Shown: positions 1 to 13,324 of the stretch, piece by piece
How the letters are laid out: every line of letters begins with the position of its first letter
Position numbering within the stretch: the stretch's first letter is position 1
NCBI GenBank assembly: GCA_013265495.1
Contig: MU058432.1
Span: forward strand, 75,985-139,984
Direction: 5' to 3'
DNA from: Vicugna vicugna
Taxonomy: Eukaryota
DNA: 64,000 nt
Notes under the pieces: generated by a model
The model's input: only the letters and a program-made list of their open reading frames with translations
What the model was told of the DNA's origin: nothing
Databases searched by the model: none
Translations under genes and position numbers: made by a program

Positions 1-377
1 GGGATGATGGGGAGGGTGGATGCTGGCGGAGAAGGGAAGTAAAGGGGAAGAAGTGAGAATTGGGGGGGAACAGGGAAGAGGAAAAGGAACAGTGGGGAGA
101 GGAGGGGGAGTGGGTGGGAATGAAGACCTGGGAAGAAGGCCCTGGAAGGTCAGGCAGGAGCAGGGCAGGTCGGTGGGGAAGGAGGACCTGAGAAGGAGGA
201 GTGAAGAGGGACTGGGTGTGGCCTTTGGAGCCCTGCGGATTGGTGACTGGTGGTGCGCAGGGTCGGGCCGGACCTGGCAGAGGCGCAGGATGCTGAGTGC
301 AGCTGCCAGGACTCGGCATCCCTGGGGGCCTCGGAGAGTTGTCCAGAAGATTCCCCCCTCTGTCCCTCCCTCTGCAG

Positions 378-848
378 GAGCACAAGGCCAAGGTGACAGA
401 GCTGGAGCAGCAGGTGGCCCAGGCTAAGACCCGCTACTCCGTCGCCCTGCGCAACCTGGAGCAGATCAGCGAGCAGATTCATGCGCGGCGTCGGGGCCAG
501 CCCGCGCATCCCGCGGGCCAGCGGCGCTCCTCCCCCGTCGGGGCCGAGGCCGGGCCCGATGCTGGCGAGGATGGGGACAGCGGGATCATCGAGGGGGCCG
601 AGGGCGGGGGTTTGGAGGAGGGCGTCAGCCTGGGGCCTGGGCCTGCGCGCGACACGGACACTCTGAGCCTGCTGAGCCTGCGCACGGTGGCCTCGGACCT
701 GCAGAAGTGCGACTCGGTAGAGCACCTGCGGGGCCTCTCCGACCACACCAGTCTGGACGGCCAGGAGCTGGGTTCCCGGGGCGGGGGTCGCCGGGGCAGT
801 GACGGCGCAGGCCGCGGGGGCCGTCACCAGCGCAGTGTCAGCCTGTAG
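378..848 (+). CDS. SH3BP5L: SH3 domain-binding protein 5-like, last coding exon
   Basis: Polypyrimidine tract and CAG acceptor (AG 376-377), then EHKAKVTELEQQVAQAKTRYSVALRNLEQISEQIH...DTDTLSLLSLRTVASDLQKCDSVEHL...RHQRSVSL-TAG, matching the recalled SH3BP5L C-terminus. Known synteny with LYPD8. Confidence 0.96.
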   Translation, partial: EHKAKVTELEQQVAQAKTRYSVALRNLEQISEQIHARRRGQPAHPAGQRRSSPVGAEAGPDAGEDGDSGIIEGAEGGGLEEGVSLGPGPARDTDTLSLLSLRTVASDLQKCDSVEHLRGLSDHTSLDGQELGSRGGGRRGSDGAGRGGRHQRSVSL

Positions 849-2215
849 CCCCCCACCCCGCTCAGGGTGGCTGGTGCGACTCTTACCACCACTGGCCCGG
901 GGAGGGCCCTCAGGCTCCCAGCTCCCCCTCAGAGGGGTCGGCGTGGCTCTTCGTGTCTGGCTTTCCCGCGGGTGGCCCCTCTCTTTGCCTTACCCCCTCG
1001 GAAGGCTTGTCTTTGGCTCTCTCCTCCTGCTGGCTCCTCACTGTCTGTGTGATCCCCTTTGCTGTCCCCTTCTGACTTCTTCCATCTGTCTGGATTTTCC
1101 CCCCTCAGGGAAATTTATCTAGAAGGCACAGGGAAGCCATCAGAGAAGGTGGGTGCTGGACCCGAGTCCCCACATCTTGGTTCCCCAGCTTTCAGTGAAC
1201 GGACAGGTGCCCCTCCCACCTCCCCATCTCCCAGGTGGGCCCTACGGATGCTGCTGAGCTCTCCTGGCAGCCCGCTGTCCTGGTCCTGTCCCAGCCTGCC
1301 TGTGTGTAACATGTAAGATGTGCTGTGGGACTCTCTGCCTCTGGGAGACACCACTGGTCCCTTCAGCGCTCCCTCCTCGTGACCTAAGCTGCTTTGCTGT
1401 GTGTGCCTCAGAGCAGGACTTGAGGGGTACTGGGGTCAGGGAAGGTGAAACCAACCCCAGTGTCAACACAGGGGACTCCCGTGTGCATCGCGTTTCTAGG
1501 CTGGGCCCTTAACATTGCCAAGGTGCTAGCAGGTCCGTGTTATGGGGTGGGGACGTAGTGAAGTCCCGGTGGCTGAAACCCTTGCCAGTCCTGCTGCGGG
1601 GTTAGGTTTATTTACTTTTTCTGGGTAGAGGATGCAGAGCCAAATCTCAGCACCCTCCTACAGGGTTGGAGTTAGGGAATTTGGTGCTCAATTGCTCTCC
1701 ATTGCTCTTCCCCAAACCAAACAATACCTAGTCCAGGATCCCTTAAGGGGGAATGCTCAGGTTTGGCTGTAGATCCTCTGCTGATATGGGGAGGGGCTGG
1801 CCTGGGGTGAGGGGGCTCGCCCTCCGTGGGGAGCAGCTCCACGTGTCTGGCGGTGCTCCCACGCTGTGTATGGGGAAAGGTGGGGAGCTACACTGGATCT
1901 GGGTGCCTTTGGAGGACTGATCCTGTCCCACGCCGGGAGGGCTGAGAGCTGGACTCTGGGCAGGAGACCTTGTGCCTAGGCCTATGAGCTGCTGCCACTG
2001 ACCAGGGGAGGAGTGGGCCTTCGCATGGAAGGTGTCCCCCTGTCCCAGGGTCGAGGTAGGATGGTCATGATGAGAACCTCCAGGTTTGAGGTGGCCATGG
2101 GTGGAGGGAAGAGAGGGAGGATGTGGGCGTGCGTGCGTGCATGCATGTGCCTGTGTGTATGGGGGAAAAGGGTCTGCCCCGATTTTATTTAAATAAAATA
2201 GTTTATGTAACAGTA
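849..2215 (+). other. SH3BP5L: SH3BP5L 3'UTR
   Basis: Non-repeat sequence between the stop codon and the first AATAAA (2192-2197); the 3' end is approximate. Confidence 0.75.
2192..2197 (+). terminator. polyadenylation signal AATAAA of SH3BP5L
   Basis: AATAAA in an AT-rich patch followed by T/G-rich sequence. Confidence 0.75.
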
Positions 2216-2537
2216 ATGTTCATTGCCCCTGTTGGGAGGGAGAGGGAGAACGGCGAGGATGGAGAGCAGGGAGGAGCAGGGTGAAATGTGCTCTTCTGAT
2301 GGGGGAAGTCAGGGAGGTGAAGGATGAGATGGACCAAACCCAGGGAGGGAAGGCTTATGGCCATGGTGCTGGGGTGAGCACACACCAGGTCACCGGTGCC
2401 CTGCAGATCCCCTCCCCACCGGCCTACTAGCCAGGAAGGCTCCGCAGCGTGGAGAGGATGTCAGCCACTGGTGGTGCAGAAGGCATCGGGGTGCCAATCC
2501 TGGATGTGAGTATGAGGAAAGGGGAGGGACGTACATA

Positions 2538-2690
2538 AGGGTGTGGGATTTAGCGAATAAATACACAGGATGCTCAGGTAAACTTAGATTTCAGATAGTA
2601 TTTTTACACCCCACCCCCACCCCCCGGGAATGTTTAGGACATACTTAAACCAAGTTGTTGTCTATCTGAAGTTAAAATTCAACATAGGTC
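2538..2690 (+). mobile_element. MER53-like hAT DNA transposon fossil
   Basis: gatttagcgaataaatacacaggatgctcaggtaaacttagatttcagata resembles the recalled MER53 consensus. Confidence 0.55.
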
Positions 2691-3964
2691 ATAGGTGACT
2701 CCCATGTCAGGACTTGACCCGTTGTGGGTCAGGAGGGTTTTGAGTACCTTTGGACCCACAGGCTTCACGTCTGGTGGATCAGGTAGGGGAAGAGGTGAGG
2801 ACTTCAGGAGCTGTGGAGGTGGAGAGTGAAGGCTTTGGACTGAGCGCCACCAGGCTGTACCTGCGTGTACAACCAGGTGAGGGTGGAGTCAGCCAAGGGG
2901 TGGAGAAGGCGCTGCCAGTGAGGAATGGGTAGACCCGCTGATAGAACCTGGAGAGAAGTGGGCGTCCTGGGGACCCCTAAGAGTAGGAAGCCAGAAGCTG
3001 GAGGGACAGGAGGACAGAGGAGACACCCTGGTGAGCTCAGATGGTAGATAGGCCATTACGAGCCACTGTGCACCCTTTAACTAGGCTGTCCAGGTGTGAG
3101 ACTGCCTGTCCTGACCTGAGTTCTTACCTTAATTGAGAAAGAAGTGAAGTGTGGTAAGGTGATGGGTGCCAAATACTTCCCTTTTCACTGGAAAAGCTGC
3201 AGGTAGTGCATGGCCTTTGTCCTTGGAAAGTGGGCTTTCTGAGATGACTCCCCGGGGTCATACTTCCCACCCGTAAGGCTCCTGGTGCAAAGGAGCCCCA
3301 GAAAAGAAGGGCTGGTTGTGCTCACCCATTTTCTTGCAAAAGTCACCTACCAGGTAAGGCAACAGTGCAGAGAGAATGGGAGGGTGAGAGCTGACGGCAC
3401 TTCCTTCATGTGGAAGAAAGCTGCCGTGGCCAATATGCCTACCCCAGCCCTAACGTGACGGCAGTGGGTTGCACTCACCGTGTGTCTCGTGTGCCAGGCA
3501 AAGGCATCGACCCATTTAGTGCCCGCAGCATTGCGGGGTAATGTGCAGTTGCTTTTTCACAGATGAAAATACAGGCATGTAAGAGTGTGCAGTCAGCCTC
3601 TAGCCTTGTAGGAAGTGATAGAGGCAGTCGGGCTCTGAGTCCAAACTCCTGAGCACCTGAGTTAAGGAACTAGAGGTGAGAAAGAAGAGGGTAGATGTAG
3701 TCAGCTCTTAGGAAGTTTTATAGGGGGGAAGGGAGCTGAGAAATACCAGGATGGTCAAGGAATTTTAAAGTAAGCAAGAGATGGTCAGTTTATGGGAGAT
3801 GTGGAGTCTTCTTGCCCATTTCTGTGCCATGTCATATGTTATAGTGGTAACGACTTCTTTTGAACTGTGTCACCCTTAAGTACGTAGCTGGGCTCAGAAA
3901 ATATGCCTTTGTGACCCCTCTTCCCCAATCCAAATTTATTCAAGGTTGTTGGTTGGTTGGTTGG

Positions 3965-4073
3965 TGGGGAGAGGTAATTAGATTTACACAGTTATTATTG
4001 AAAGAGGTTCTGGGAATTGAACCTGGGACCTCCTGTGTGTTAAGCATGAGCTCTGCCACTTGAGCTATACCCC
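3965..4073 (-). mobile_element. tRNA-derived SINE (camelid Vic-1 type)
   Basis: Reverse strand reads GGGGTATAGCTCAAGTGGCAGAG...GGTTCAATTCCCAG (A and B boxes) followed by an AT-rich/CTAATTACC tail. Confidence 0.8.
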
Positions 4074-4092
4074 ACCCCCACCCCCCCAGGTT

Positions 4093-4534
4093 ATAGATGG
4101 TCCTTGACTTACAACAGTTTGACTTACTGATTTTTTTGACTTTACAATGGTGTGACAGCAACACACATTCAGCAGAAACAGTTTTTGCATTTTGATCTTC
4201 TGGGCTAGTGATTTGAGGCTGCGCGGTGGGTACCCCGCAGCTAGCTCCCAGTCAGCCACACAGCCTTGAAGGCGAACGGCAATTCTGTATCCACACAACC
4301 GTTCTGTGTTGCACCGTATCAGTAGTGTATTCAATAAGCCACATGAGGTACTCAGCACTATTATAAAATGGGCTTTATGTTAGATGTTTTTGCCCAGCTG
4401 TAGGCTAATGTAAGTGTTCCGAGCACATTTAAGGTTGGTTAAGTGTATTAATTGCATTTTTGATTTAGGGCATTTTCAACTGAATGATGGGTTTATCGAT
4501 TTGTAACCCCATTGTAAGTCTAGGAAGATCTGTA
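4093..4534 (-). mobile_element. MER47/Tigger5-like DNA transposon
   Basis: Terminal inverted-repeat-like ends (agatggtccttgacttac ... gtaagtctaggaagatctgta) and internal similarity to recalled MER47; related copy at ~29.5-30.06 kb. Confidence 0.7.
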
Positions 4535-5896
4535 CTTTGTTAGTACCATGGTTAGGAGGTCAGTATCTGTATCCACAGCCGGGGATGTTTATGACCTGTA
4601 AAATGAGAACATCTCAGCGTGCTTAGCATGATGCCAGGTCAATGGATGACAGCTACAATGATCCACGCTGCAGTTTCCTGAAGCTTCAGGATGCAATGGC
4701 ATTCACGTAAGGAAGCCTCCTCCCATCTTGTGCTAGACAAGGAGGCTCTTTATAAAGAGCTCACTGCGGGTTGGTTTTCCCTCTTGAGGAATCATTCCGG
4801 TTTTTACTCCGCCTTGATGGGCTTCTCAGGCTGTCATGGTCTTGCTCTGTCGGCAGGGGGCAGCAACCACCAGAAAGCGGGCCAGGCGCGATCTGGGTCT
4901 TAAGTGCTGCACGCAATTACAGAGTTAGTTTCGCAGGACTGTGAGGTTCGCCTCCTGGACGCTTGACAGGGGGACTGGGGACATGGTGGGGTGGGGGTTG
5001 GGGTCCATACCCCAGAGTTGATCCCTGTCTGGCCCCACAGGGGCCTCTTGCATCTCTGCATGTCCTTGGAAAAGTCAGCTGTCTGAAAACGGCCAGGTCT
5101 TTTGGGGTGGCCGTCATTTGAGACCAGATGTTCTGTGCCTGTTAATGTGCCCTGTCTCCTCAGACTTCACACACCTCCTCTGTCGTCCTCCCTAATGTCC
5201 CATCCCTTGCCCTTCCTCTGCCGCCTTCCATTTCCCCTTTGGGAAATCCCTTAGTCTTCTGCCTACCATCATTCTGGACCATAGCCTGAATTGAGGGGAA
5301 CAGGGGACCACGTTTCACTGGCTTGCAAAAGGATGTGTATAGTTTATTAAGAATATTTACCAGGATCTTTCAGAGTGCAAAACACTGGCGCACTGTGTTA
5401 GGGCTTATTTAGAAAGCATAATACTGTGGGTGGGACATCCAGGTAAGGAACCCGGGGGTGCACACAGGTAATTGGTGACTCGGAGCAGTGAAAACTAGAT
5501 AACTACTGAGGGCTGTAGTCAAGGAGGGCTCTGGGAGGTTAGGCAAGAGAGCAGGGGCATCGGAAATGGGGCCCACTCTCTGAAGCTCTGAACCAGCCCC
5601 TGGCCATAGGCTAGAGAGGAGGTAACAGGCAGCCCCTCAGCCCCACCCTCTCCTACCAGTCCTCCTGTCCCCATGCCTCACTCTTCTGAAATCTGTCCTG
5701 AGCTCTTCCAGCCTAGGGCTCGTGTGTGCCCCATCTTGGTGTTCTCAGGGCCTGGCACACAGCACTCTCCACCAAACATCTGCCCACAGACGTGCGTATA
5801 TTCTCCGCACAAGTTTTCTCACTTAACTTGTTAGATTTCTGCCTGTGACTTGAGGCTCAGCTCATGTGGACTTTTGACCAAAGGCCTTCCTGGTTC

Positions 5897-6310
5897 TGTT
5901 ACAGAAAGCTGAATCCCGTCAAGAGACCAAGCGACACTCAGAGGGTTGGAGAACTCAGGTTTATTTACACCGGCGGGCCCAGAGGAGTTAATATTCCCGG
6001 CTCTGGACCCTGATTGCAAGTTTGTATGAGCTTTTACAGGGTTTTAGGAACAAAGAAATCACGTGGTCTTAGGTTTTTCTGCGGGGTGGGAAGGGGTTAG
6101 TTTCGGTTTCCCTAAAGCAGGCTGTTTTACAGAAGCATAAAAGCAAAGCACTAAGCAATTTCTCTGTCTGGGAGGCCCTGCTGATCCTTGTGGGCCTTTT
6201 GAGCTCCAGTTCCCCGGCCCTCCAGCCAGGTCTGAATCAATGCCCCCACCTAAGTTCCTCAAAGCGCTTTTGACTTATTGGGGTCAATCCTGATTCCATC
6301 TCCCTCAACA
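5897..6310 (-). mobile_element. ERV solo LTR
   Basis: TGTT...AACA termini, antisense poly(A) signal (TTTATT), LTR-like composition. Confidence 0.55.
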
Positions 6311-7534
6311 GTCAACATGGTGCAGTAGGCATTGTGACTCCATGTCACTCAGTAGAGTGACTGTATGTCATGTATGATCTAAACTGGGGCACTCCAGTGT
6401 GAAGGGGGTAGACGTAACGCAGGATTGAAAAGCACCTGATCGCGCTGTCCAGAGAGGGCATCACTGCCCTGCCCTGCCACGAGGCTCTGTGCGCACGTTG
6501 AATGAGCCCACACAGCTCCTCTGTGCTTTGGTGTTCCAGTCTGCAAGAAGAGAGGCTGAACTGGGTAGATAATTTCTGAGGTTGTCTAAACCAAAATCAC
6601 TAAAATTATATGGTTAGTGGGGAAGGCTGGGGCCCGTCAGAGGGGTTTTGGTGGAGAATGTGAGACAGTGGGGGGGTTCGAAGTCAGAGCATGAGAACTT
6701 CCAGGCTGGGGTTGATTAGGGCAGTGGAGGACAGCTGGACATTGCTGCTTTGGCTGTGAGGTGATGACTGTCCACTGTGGTGGAGGAACTTGCAGTGCTG
6801 GGCGGTGGTGTGTCCTTCCCCACAGCCGGCAGGTGGCGCTCACAGCACAGCAGGGATAAACCAGCTGACATACATCACCGTAGTTGGGGGAGGGGGTGTC
6901 AAGATGAGTTTCTTTCCCATTTAGGATAGAGGAACGTTGTGATCTAGAATAGAATGGCGATTGGGGCCGTGGAGTTTGGCAAGAGGAGACGCTCCTTCCA
7001 CAGCTGCGGCTTCATCTCACAGGCCTGCGCTGCCCTCTTCCTTTTCCTCTGCTTGTGACTTCTGTGATAACAGGCAGAAGGGCAGGGGCTGCTCCACGTC
7101 CACCAGGAGGGGATTTCAGCCACGCCTTCTTTGGAGGTAAGACAGGGTTTTTTTTTACAGGGGTTGGGGGCTGGGGAAGGAGTGGGAGGAAGGGTAGGAA
7201 CTCCTCACACGAAGGGCTTCCCAGGAGGAGGGTCCTGGGGCCTGTCGGGAAGGATAAGGGGACCTCGAAGAGCATCTCCTCTCCCTCCTTCTAACCTCAG
7301 TGCTGCTGCTGGGGTTTCAGGCTCCCACTCTCCTTGGAGAGAGAGGCCAGGAGCCCACCTGCCCCTGCACCCTGGGGTGAGAGCAGGCGTTCGTGCTTTT
7401 CTCCCACCTGGTCCTCGTCCAGCTGACCTTTACCCAAGCCCTGCTTCCACACTGGACGTACTTTCTGAACCCTCAAGTCACAAGTTCTTCCTTCTCCCTC
7501 AAACAGTCGCAGTTAGCCGAGGGACCATGGCTAC

Positions 7535-8002
7535 TGTCGACTGAAGTAAGTGCGCAGCCTGAAAGTTGAGAGTTAACATTTTGTTTGGCGGGAGGACTCG
7601 AGCTGGGATGACAGCCTCTCAGATGGCTCTGAGGGACTGCTCCCGAGAGGTAGGGCAGGAGCTAGGATATATAATGGAGTTCTTACAACAAAGACCAGGT
7701 AGTAGGAACAATAGAAGATTACTTGTTATCTAAGGAAAACCAGACATCTCAAGTTAAAGAATTTAGGGCTTTTCTATGTATGGGAGGAAGCAAACATTTG
7801 GGCTCACTGAATTCACTCCTTTGACAAGCACCTGGCTATCTGGGGCCAGTGTCCTGCCCTTTCTTATTCCGGATCCCCTCAGAGGGCACCCAGTTTTAGT
7901 GGCTGCAGAGGCCGGGCTGCAGGCTTGTCTTCACTGGCTGATGACTTGATGGCTTCAGCATTCTTTGTTTACTGATACGGTTTGCAGTAGTTTTCATTCA
8001 CA
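7535..8002 (-). mobile_element. ERV1-type solo LTR
   Basis: TG...CA ends with near-perfect 4-bp flanks (ctac/ccac). Related copies at 11018-11462 (opposite orientation) and 58517-58953 share the gctctgagggactg motif. Confidence 0.7.
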
Positions 8003-8721
8003 CCACCCAGTTGGAAGGGGCCTGTCAATAACCAGAAAAGCATGAGGCCTTAGGATGGTCTCCCTTAGAGAGAGGGAAGCTGTGTCTGCAACAACAAAAA
8101 AACAAACTCAAGGTTAAAAAACATGCAGCCAGGTATTTAATCCTCCTGCCATCTTGGATAAACTCTTTCGTTATTTGTATTTTTTCCGAACTGAATTACT
8201 TTTTAAAAATATATTTTAAAGGCATAACCAGAGAGAATGTGATGGACGAAAAGGCAGAATCTGAGAGAGGCAAGTTGACCTGGAATCATAAACGGAAAAT
8301 GTTATGAAATCATAAGAGAAAACATCACGAGAATTGGAGAAGATGAAAGGAGTTGAATGGAAGAGGAAGAGAGACATGGAGGTACACAGGTGCACTCAGC
8401 TGGAGGGAGGGACCTCAGCGATAAGAAGGGGAAAACACGCCAGCTGACAGAACTTGTAGCAGAGACGGTGTGCAGAGGTGCCTGGACATTAATTGAGTCC
8501 AGTTCAGATTTATAGCCCTCACTTATCTTGACCTGTCTTAAGGTGCCTAGGGGTGGGGCCATTCCTGGAGCTGCCTACATTCTGCGGCTGCCTGCTGGAC
8601 AGAGATTTATGGCTCTGGTGTCAGAGAAATCAGTGTTAAATCTTGTCTCAGGCTGGCCCCACCCTCCTTTGGCTCCAACAGTGTTCGATATCCAATTAAC
8701 AGGAAGCTGGATTCTATGAGC

Positions 8722-8975
8722 TGTTAAGAAACAAAATGCAACTCAGTAAGTTTTAAAGACCTTACTGGCTTTATTCAGTGATTCATGAATTGGTCAGTAT
8801 CCCATCCAGCAGATGGAAAAGAGCTCCAAGTAACTGTGCGGAATGAAGGACTTTTATAACCTGAAGGGAGAGGAACAATGAAGTTATACTAGCAAAAATT
8901 AGATTGGTCATCACAAGGTCATCTTCCTTTAGAGGACTGTAGAGGTGTATCTTGGAAGTAGCTGTCCTATTACCA
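8722..8975 (-). mobile_element. partial ERV LTR
   Basis: Shares tggctttatt...tgattcatgaattgg...gagctccaag with the copy at 9665-10022. Confidence 0.55.
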
Positions 8976-9309
8976 GGTAGAAGAGGACCAAGGGGGCGGG
9001 TGTGCCTTCAGATGTGTCCCAGGACCTCTTGGCAGCTCTGTACCATTAATTCCACGACGATTTGTGTGCCTGGAACCCAACCAAAGCTGAGCAAGCCATT
9101 CTCTAACCAAAACAGTATTATCTTCTTGAGGACTTGTGCGTTTTGAGAATTCTATGCTTTGTGAGATGTGCTCTTTCAGTTTGGGCATGAAAATCTTCCA
9201 GTGAAATGAGAACAGAAGAAATATTTGCTTGTCACCCATCCTTTGTCTTAAACATGGCTCAATAAGGAGGTAGCACTCAGAGACGCTGGCCCAGAGAGGA
9301 TTTTTCTAG

Positions 9310-9480
9310 AACCTTGGTTCCTAAAGTATATTCTCCAGATCAGCAACAAAAAAAATCACCTGAAGCTTGTTAGAAATGAACATTCTCAGGCCCCAGCTCC
9401 CCAGAGGTACTGAATCAGAAGTTCTGGGGTGGCACCCAGGATCTGTTTAATAGGCCCTGCAGGTGATTCTGGTGCCCATG
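9310..9480. mobile_element. MER5A-like hAT fossil
   Basis: atcacctgaagcttgttagaaatg...tctcaggcccc...actgaatcagaa...caggtgattctg motifs. Confidence 0.7.
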
Positions 9481-9664
9481 GAGGCTGTGAGTTGGCTGGC
9501 ATAGGGGATGCGACAAATTGCACGCAGGGCTCCTAAAACTTGTCACTTCTTTCTCTTTTTATCTGCCAAGCAAGGTCACTTGGCCTAATTTCAGAGGAGT
9601 GGGAAGTGCAACTTAACAGTGTGCCCAGGAAGAGGGGGTTCTGGGTGTTTTAGGCCATAGATTG

Positions 9665-10022
9665 TGTTAAATGACAAAAAAATTCAGCCAAGTACATTTT
9701 CAAGATCTACTTGGCTTTATTGAATGATTCATGAATTGGGCGGCATCTCTTCTAGCAAGTAGAGAGGAGCTCCAAGGAGCTGTACAAACTGGAAGGCTTT
9801 TGTGGGCAGACAGGGGAAGGCATAAGGGAAGAGCAGATTACCTCATCTTCCTTTTGGAGATGGAAAGGGTCTGTGTGTGCTGAACAGAAAATTCCAAGCT
9901 GGCTGGTTCAGACTACGTTTGTGGGGAAGGTTGGCACTGCAGTTAGGTGAGGCATTAAGCCATGGTTTGGCAGTGTGGGCTTAGCGCAAGTGACTCCATT
10001 TTGGGCCTCTGTCTTTTTAACA
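9665..10022 (-). mobile_element. ERV solo LTR
   Basis: TGTTAA...TTAACA inverted termini; related to the element at 8722. Confidence 0.65.
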
Positions 10023-11017
10023 ATAAAAAAAAACAGTGGCCATAAACATTATCAGGGGAAGTGGCAGAAGTTTGGGTTTGTGCTTTCTGTTTTCAGAACC
10101 CATGTCTGAAAAATAGTGCCTTTGCAACATAAGCCTAATGCCATTGTAATTTCTTGGTTTTATCTATTAGGCCAAATTAACATTTTCTGAATTGCCTCAC
10201 AAAGGCCCCCTTTACACTGGGTGGTCTTCAGGCTCCAGCCAAGCTCTATACATTGCACTAGGGACGTTAAGTGGCTTTAGTCTGATCTGTGCCTCTGAGG
10301 TGGTCATTTCCACAAATCACACGGGGACATTATTAACACCCTATGGAATAAGATTCATATTTTAATGGCAAGAGAAGAAAAATTTAGACACAAAATTTCT
10401 CTGCCCTTTGACCGCCTCTCTCTCTTCTACTGTGCATTGTGTATCTGGATTATGCATTGACCAAACCTCCCCCATCAGCAGAAATGCCTGCTCAGTCGTA
10501 AGAAGAGCAACATTATCCTAGCATCTACAAGACAACTCCTTAAAAGAGAGCCATCCTTCTAGGTTTTGCAAGGAGGGGGCCACACGACCCCCCACTTTCT
10601 ACTTGCCGATCTGGATTGTGTAAACTGTCGATAATACCTCATTTGATGTACATCCTTCTATCCCTAAAAACTGTGCTTTGATTTTGATGGGCAGAACTTT
10701 TGTTTTTTTTTTTCTTTGAGATGCTGTTCCTGGGTTATAATCCTCAACTTGGCTCAAATAAAATTTTCCATTTCTTTCTAAAATCTACTGATTAACTTTT
10801 CATTGACAACAGAAGTTCAGGTTTAGCGGGTCTGGGGCCAGAGTCCCTGAGCACGTGTGTCACACTTGGAGGGGTGAAGTCATCAGTCCCCTCTGGAGCC
10901 CCACTGCTGTGCTGCTGTGCCTGCAACAAAGTTCCTGCTAGAAAGGAGCTTCCGCTTAATTATGCACCACACTGCCTGGTCTGTGTTATTAAAAAGACCC
11001 AGGAAGGTGAATATATT

Positions 11018-11462
11018 TGTGAACAAAGAGCATCCCCTGCTATTTTAGTAAACAAAGGATGTTGTGGCCGTAAAGGCATCAGCCATTGCAGCCGCCCCCA
11101 CTGGGGCACCCTGAGGGGAATTCAGGATGGAGAGTAACAGAATAATGGCCCCAGATAGTTAAGGTGCACATCAAAGGGACCATTTCAATGAGTCTGGACT
11201 CTTGTGTCTTTTCACACACAGAACGGCATTAAAATCAATAACTTGAGATGTCTGTTTTCTGTGATTAGCTGTAATCTTTTGATGTGATACTATATGATAC
11301 TTTTTCAGCAAAAACTCCTATATATGCTGGCTCCTCCCTTACTTCTTTGGAATAGTCCCTCAGAGCTATCTTAGAGGCTGTATCCTGGGCTTAAGTCCTC
11401 AGTAAGTCCACTGAATAAAACAGAATTCTCAACATTTAGGTTATGCACTTTTTCAGTTGATA
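11018..11462 (+). mobile_element. ERV1-type solo LTR
   Basis: TATA-like tatatatg and AATAAA; reverse-complement homology to the 7535 and 58517 LTRs. Confidence 0.7.
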
Positions 11463-11469
11463 TATACAT

Positions 11470-12000
11470 ATCTGTTTTGGAAGACCTTGCTCCTGTTCCA
11501 GGCATTGAGCTCCTAAAACTCTTGGAATTTCCTAAGAGATGAGAGCTATAAAGATGTCTTTTGTTATGTTGATAAGGTGACTTTTGGAAAGCCCCTAGGT
11601 AACCCAAGGCTGCGTGCGAGCTGGTTGTCAGGGGGAACTAGCTTCCATGATTAGAGGGCTGAAACTTTTAAGTCTGACCCACCCCGCAACCTCACTCCCA
11701 ACCTTCTAGGAGGAGAGAGGGGCTGGAGATTGAGTTCAATCAATCAATCACCAATCATGCCTGTATAATAAATCCTCCATAAAAACCAAATAGGACATAT
11801 GGAGAGCTTCTGTGTTGGTGAATGCATGGAATTTTGGTGAGAAAGGAGATTCCAGAGAGCATGGAAGCTCTGCATTACCTCCCACATACCTTGCCCTATG
11901 TGTTTCTTCAACCTGGCTTTTCCTGAGTTATACCCTTTTATGATAAACTAGTAATCTAGTCAGTGAAATCTTTATCTGGGTTTGGTGAGGCACTCTAGTG
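11470..12000 (+). mobile_element. MER21/MER77-like LTR
   Basis: gagctcctaaaactcttggaatttcct...ttgccctatg...tcctgagtt motifs typical of the recalled MER21 family. Confidence 0.55.
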
Positions 12001-13027
12001 TCAACTAAAAATTGGAACTTGCCCTCTACCTCTACAAGGATCAAATCATGAGCTGATGTATCTGCTGATCTCCAACATACACTGAAAGGAGTTCAGGATG
12101 GAGATCAGGAATGAGGCGCTCTGTGCGCTGGGAAAAACTCACAGAACAGGCCTTCAGATAGTTTGATGTTTTCAGCAGAAGATTTTATGAGCCCCAATTG
12201 TTGCATCTCATATCTAGAAAAGCACTATAATTAGTAATGGTGATTATCTGCTCCTTGTGACTAGTAGTGAGACTCTGCCAAAATGTGTGCTTGACTGCAC
12301 GTGCCCCCCTTCACTAAAACCATGTGTAATACTGACCTCTCCCCCTACCTCTTCAGAGTGAGACAGGAGGGAAGGGGGCAGGCAGGGCACAGCCACTCAA
12401 GGACTTTAACAATTTGACTTTGAAGAAGCCTAACATTTTGCAAAACAAATTAATACATAATACAATTCTTAGACCCAACTTGATTTATTAAATAAGTAAA
12501 CAAAAACCAATTTCTTGAATATGTAGCAATATACTATTATTAGGATCCCTACCTTGGAAGGATTTTTTTAAATTGAAATATAGTTGGTTTACAATGTTGT
12601 GTTAGTTTCTGTTGTACAGCACAGTGATTTAGTTTTATATATATACATATATATATACACACATATATAGTTTTTCATATTCATTTTTATTATAGGTTAT
12701 TATAAGGTTTTGAATACAGTTTACTGTGCTATACAGTAGAACCTTGTTTATTTTACATACAGTAGTCAGTATCTGCAGATCTGAAAGACTTCTAATTTCA
12801 ACTCGGACATGTAAAGAGCTTGGAGTTCTCACACTTCTATCCATGCACCAAGAAATAGCAGGACAAACTGAAAATCAATGACTTTTCTTAGATTCATCAG
12901 AGACCCGAGTTTTAGAGCAAACTGCTAACCAAAATCTGGAGAGACCGGCAAATCAGAGGATATAGCCAAGATCTGTTAACCTAGAGGGCACTGGAGCCAC
13001 AACCTGGTAGGAACACTTAAAATGGTA

Positions 13028-13137
13028 ATTTTTTTTTTGGAGGGGGGAGATTAGATTATTTATTTAATGGAGGTACTGGGGATTGAACCCAGGACCTTGT
13101 GCACGCTAAGCATGTGCTCTACCACTGAGCTATACCG
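13028..13137 (-). mobile_element. tRNA-derived SINE (camelid Vic-1 type)
   Basis: Reverse strand GTATAGCTCAGTGGTAGAGCACATGCTTAGCGTGCACAAGGTCCTGGGTTCAATCCCCAGTACCTCC; TSD-like aaa(t/c)ggtaatt flanks. Confidence 0.85.
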
Positions 13138-13324
13138 TCTTGCCCTTTAAACGGTAATTGTGATGGATTGCTGGACTTTGCGTGTGGATCAGTGTGAGGC
13201 TGAGAAACTCCTGGGACCACAGCCTTAGGGGACCCCTTACACTTGGGGGCTTTAGCTCCAGGAACCCCAAGAGACTTATATGGTAAAGATTCAGAGCCGT
13301 AAAGAGAAAACATTGTAAAATATG

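Noticed and set aside
150..827. 225-aa minus-strand ORF
   Set aside because: Antisense shadow of the GC-rich SH3BP5L exon; no recognisable protein features.
13070..13137. tRNA-like sequences (also near 4010, 33810 and 49510)
   Set aside because: They carry SINE tails, some have TSDs, and the stems are degenerate; they are SINE heads, not tRNA genes.
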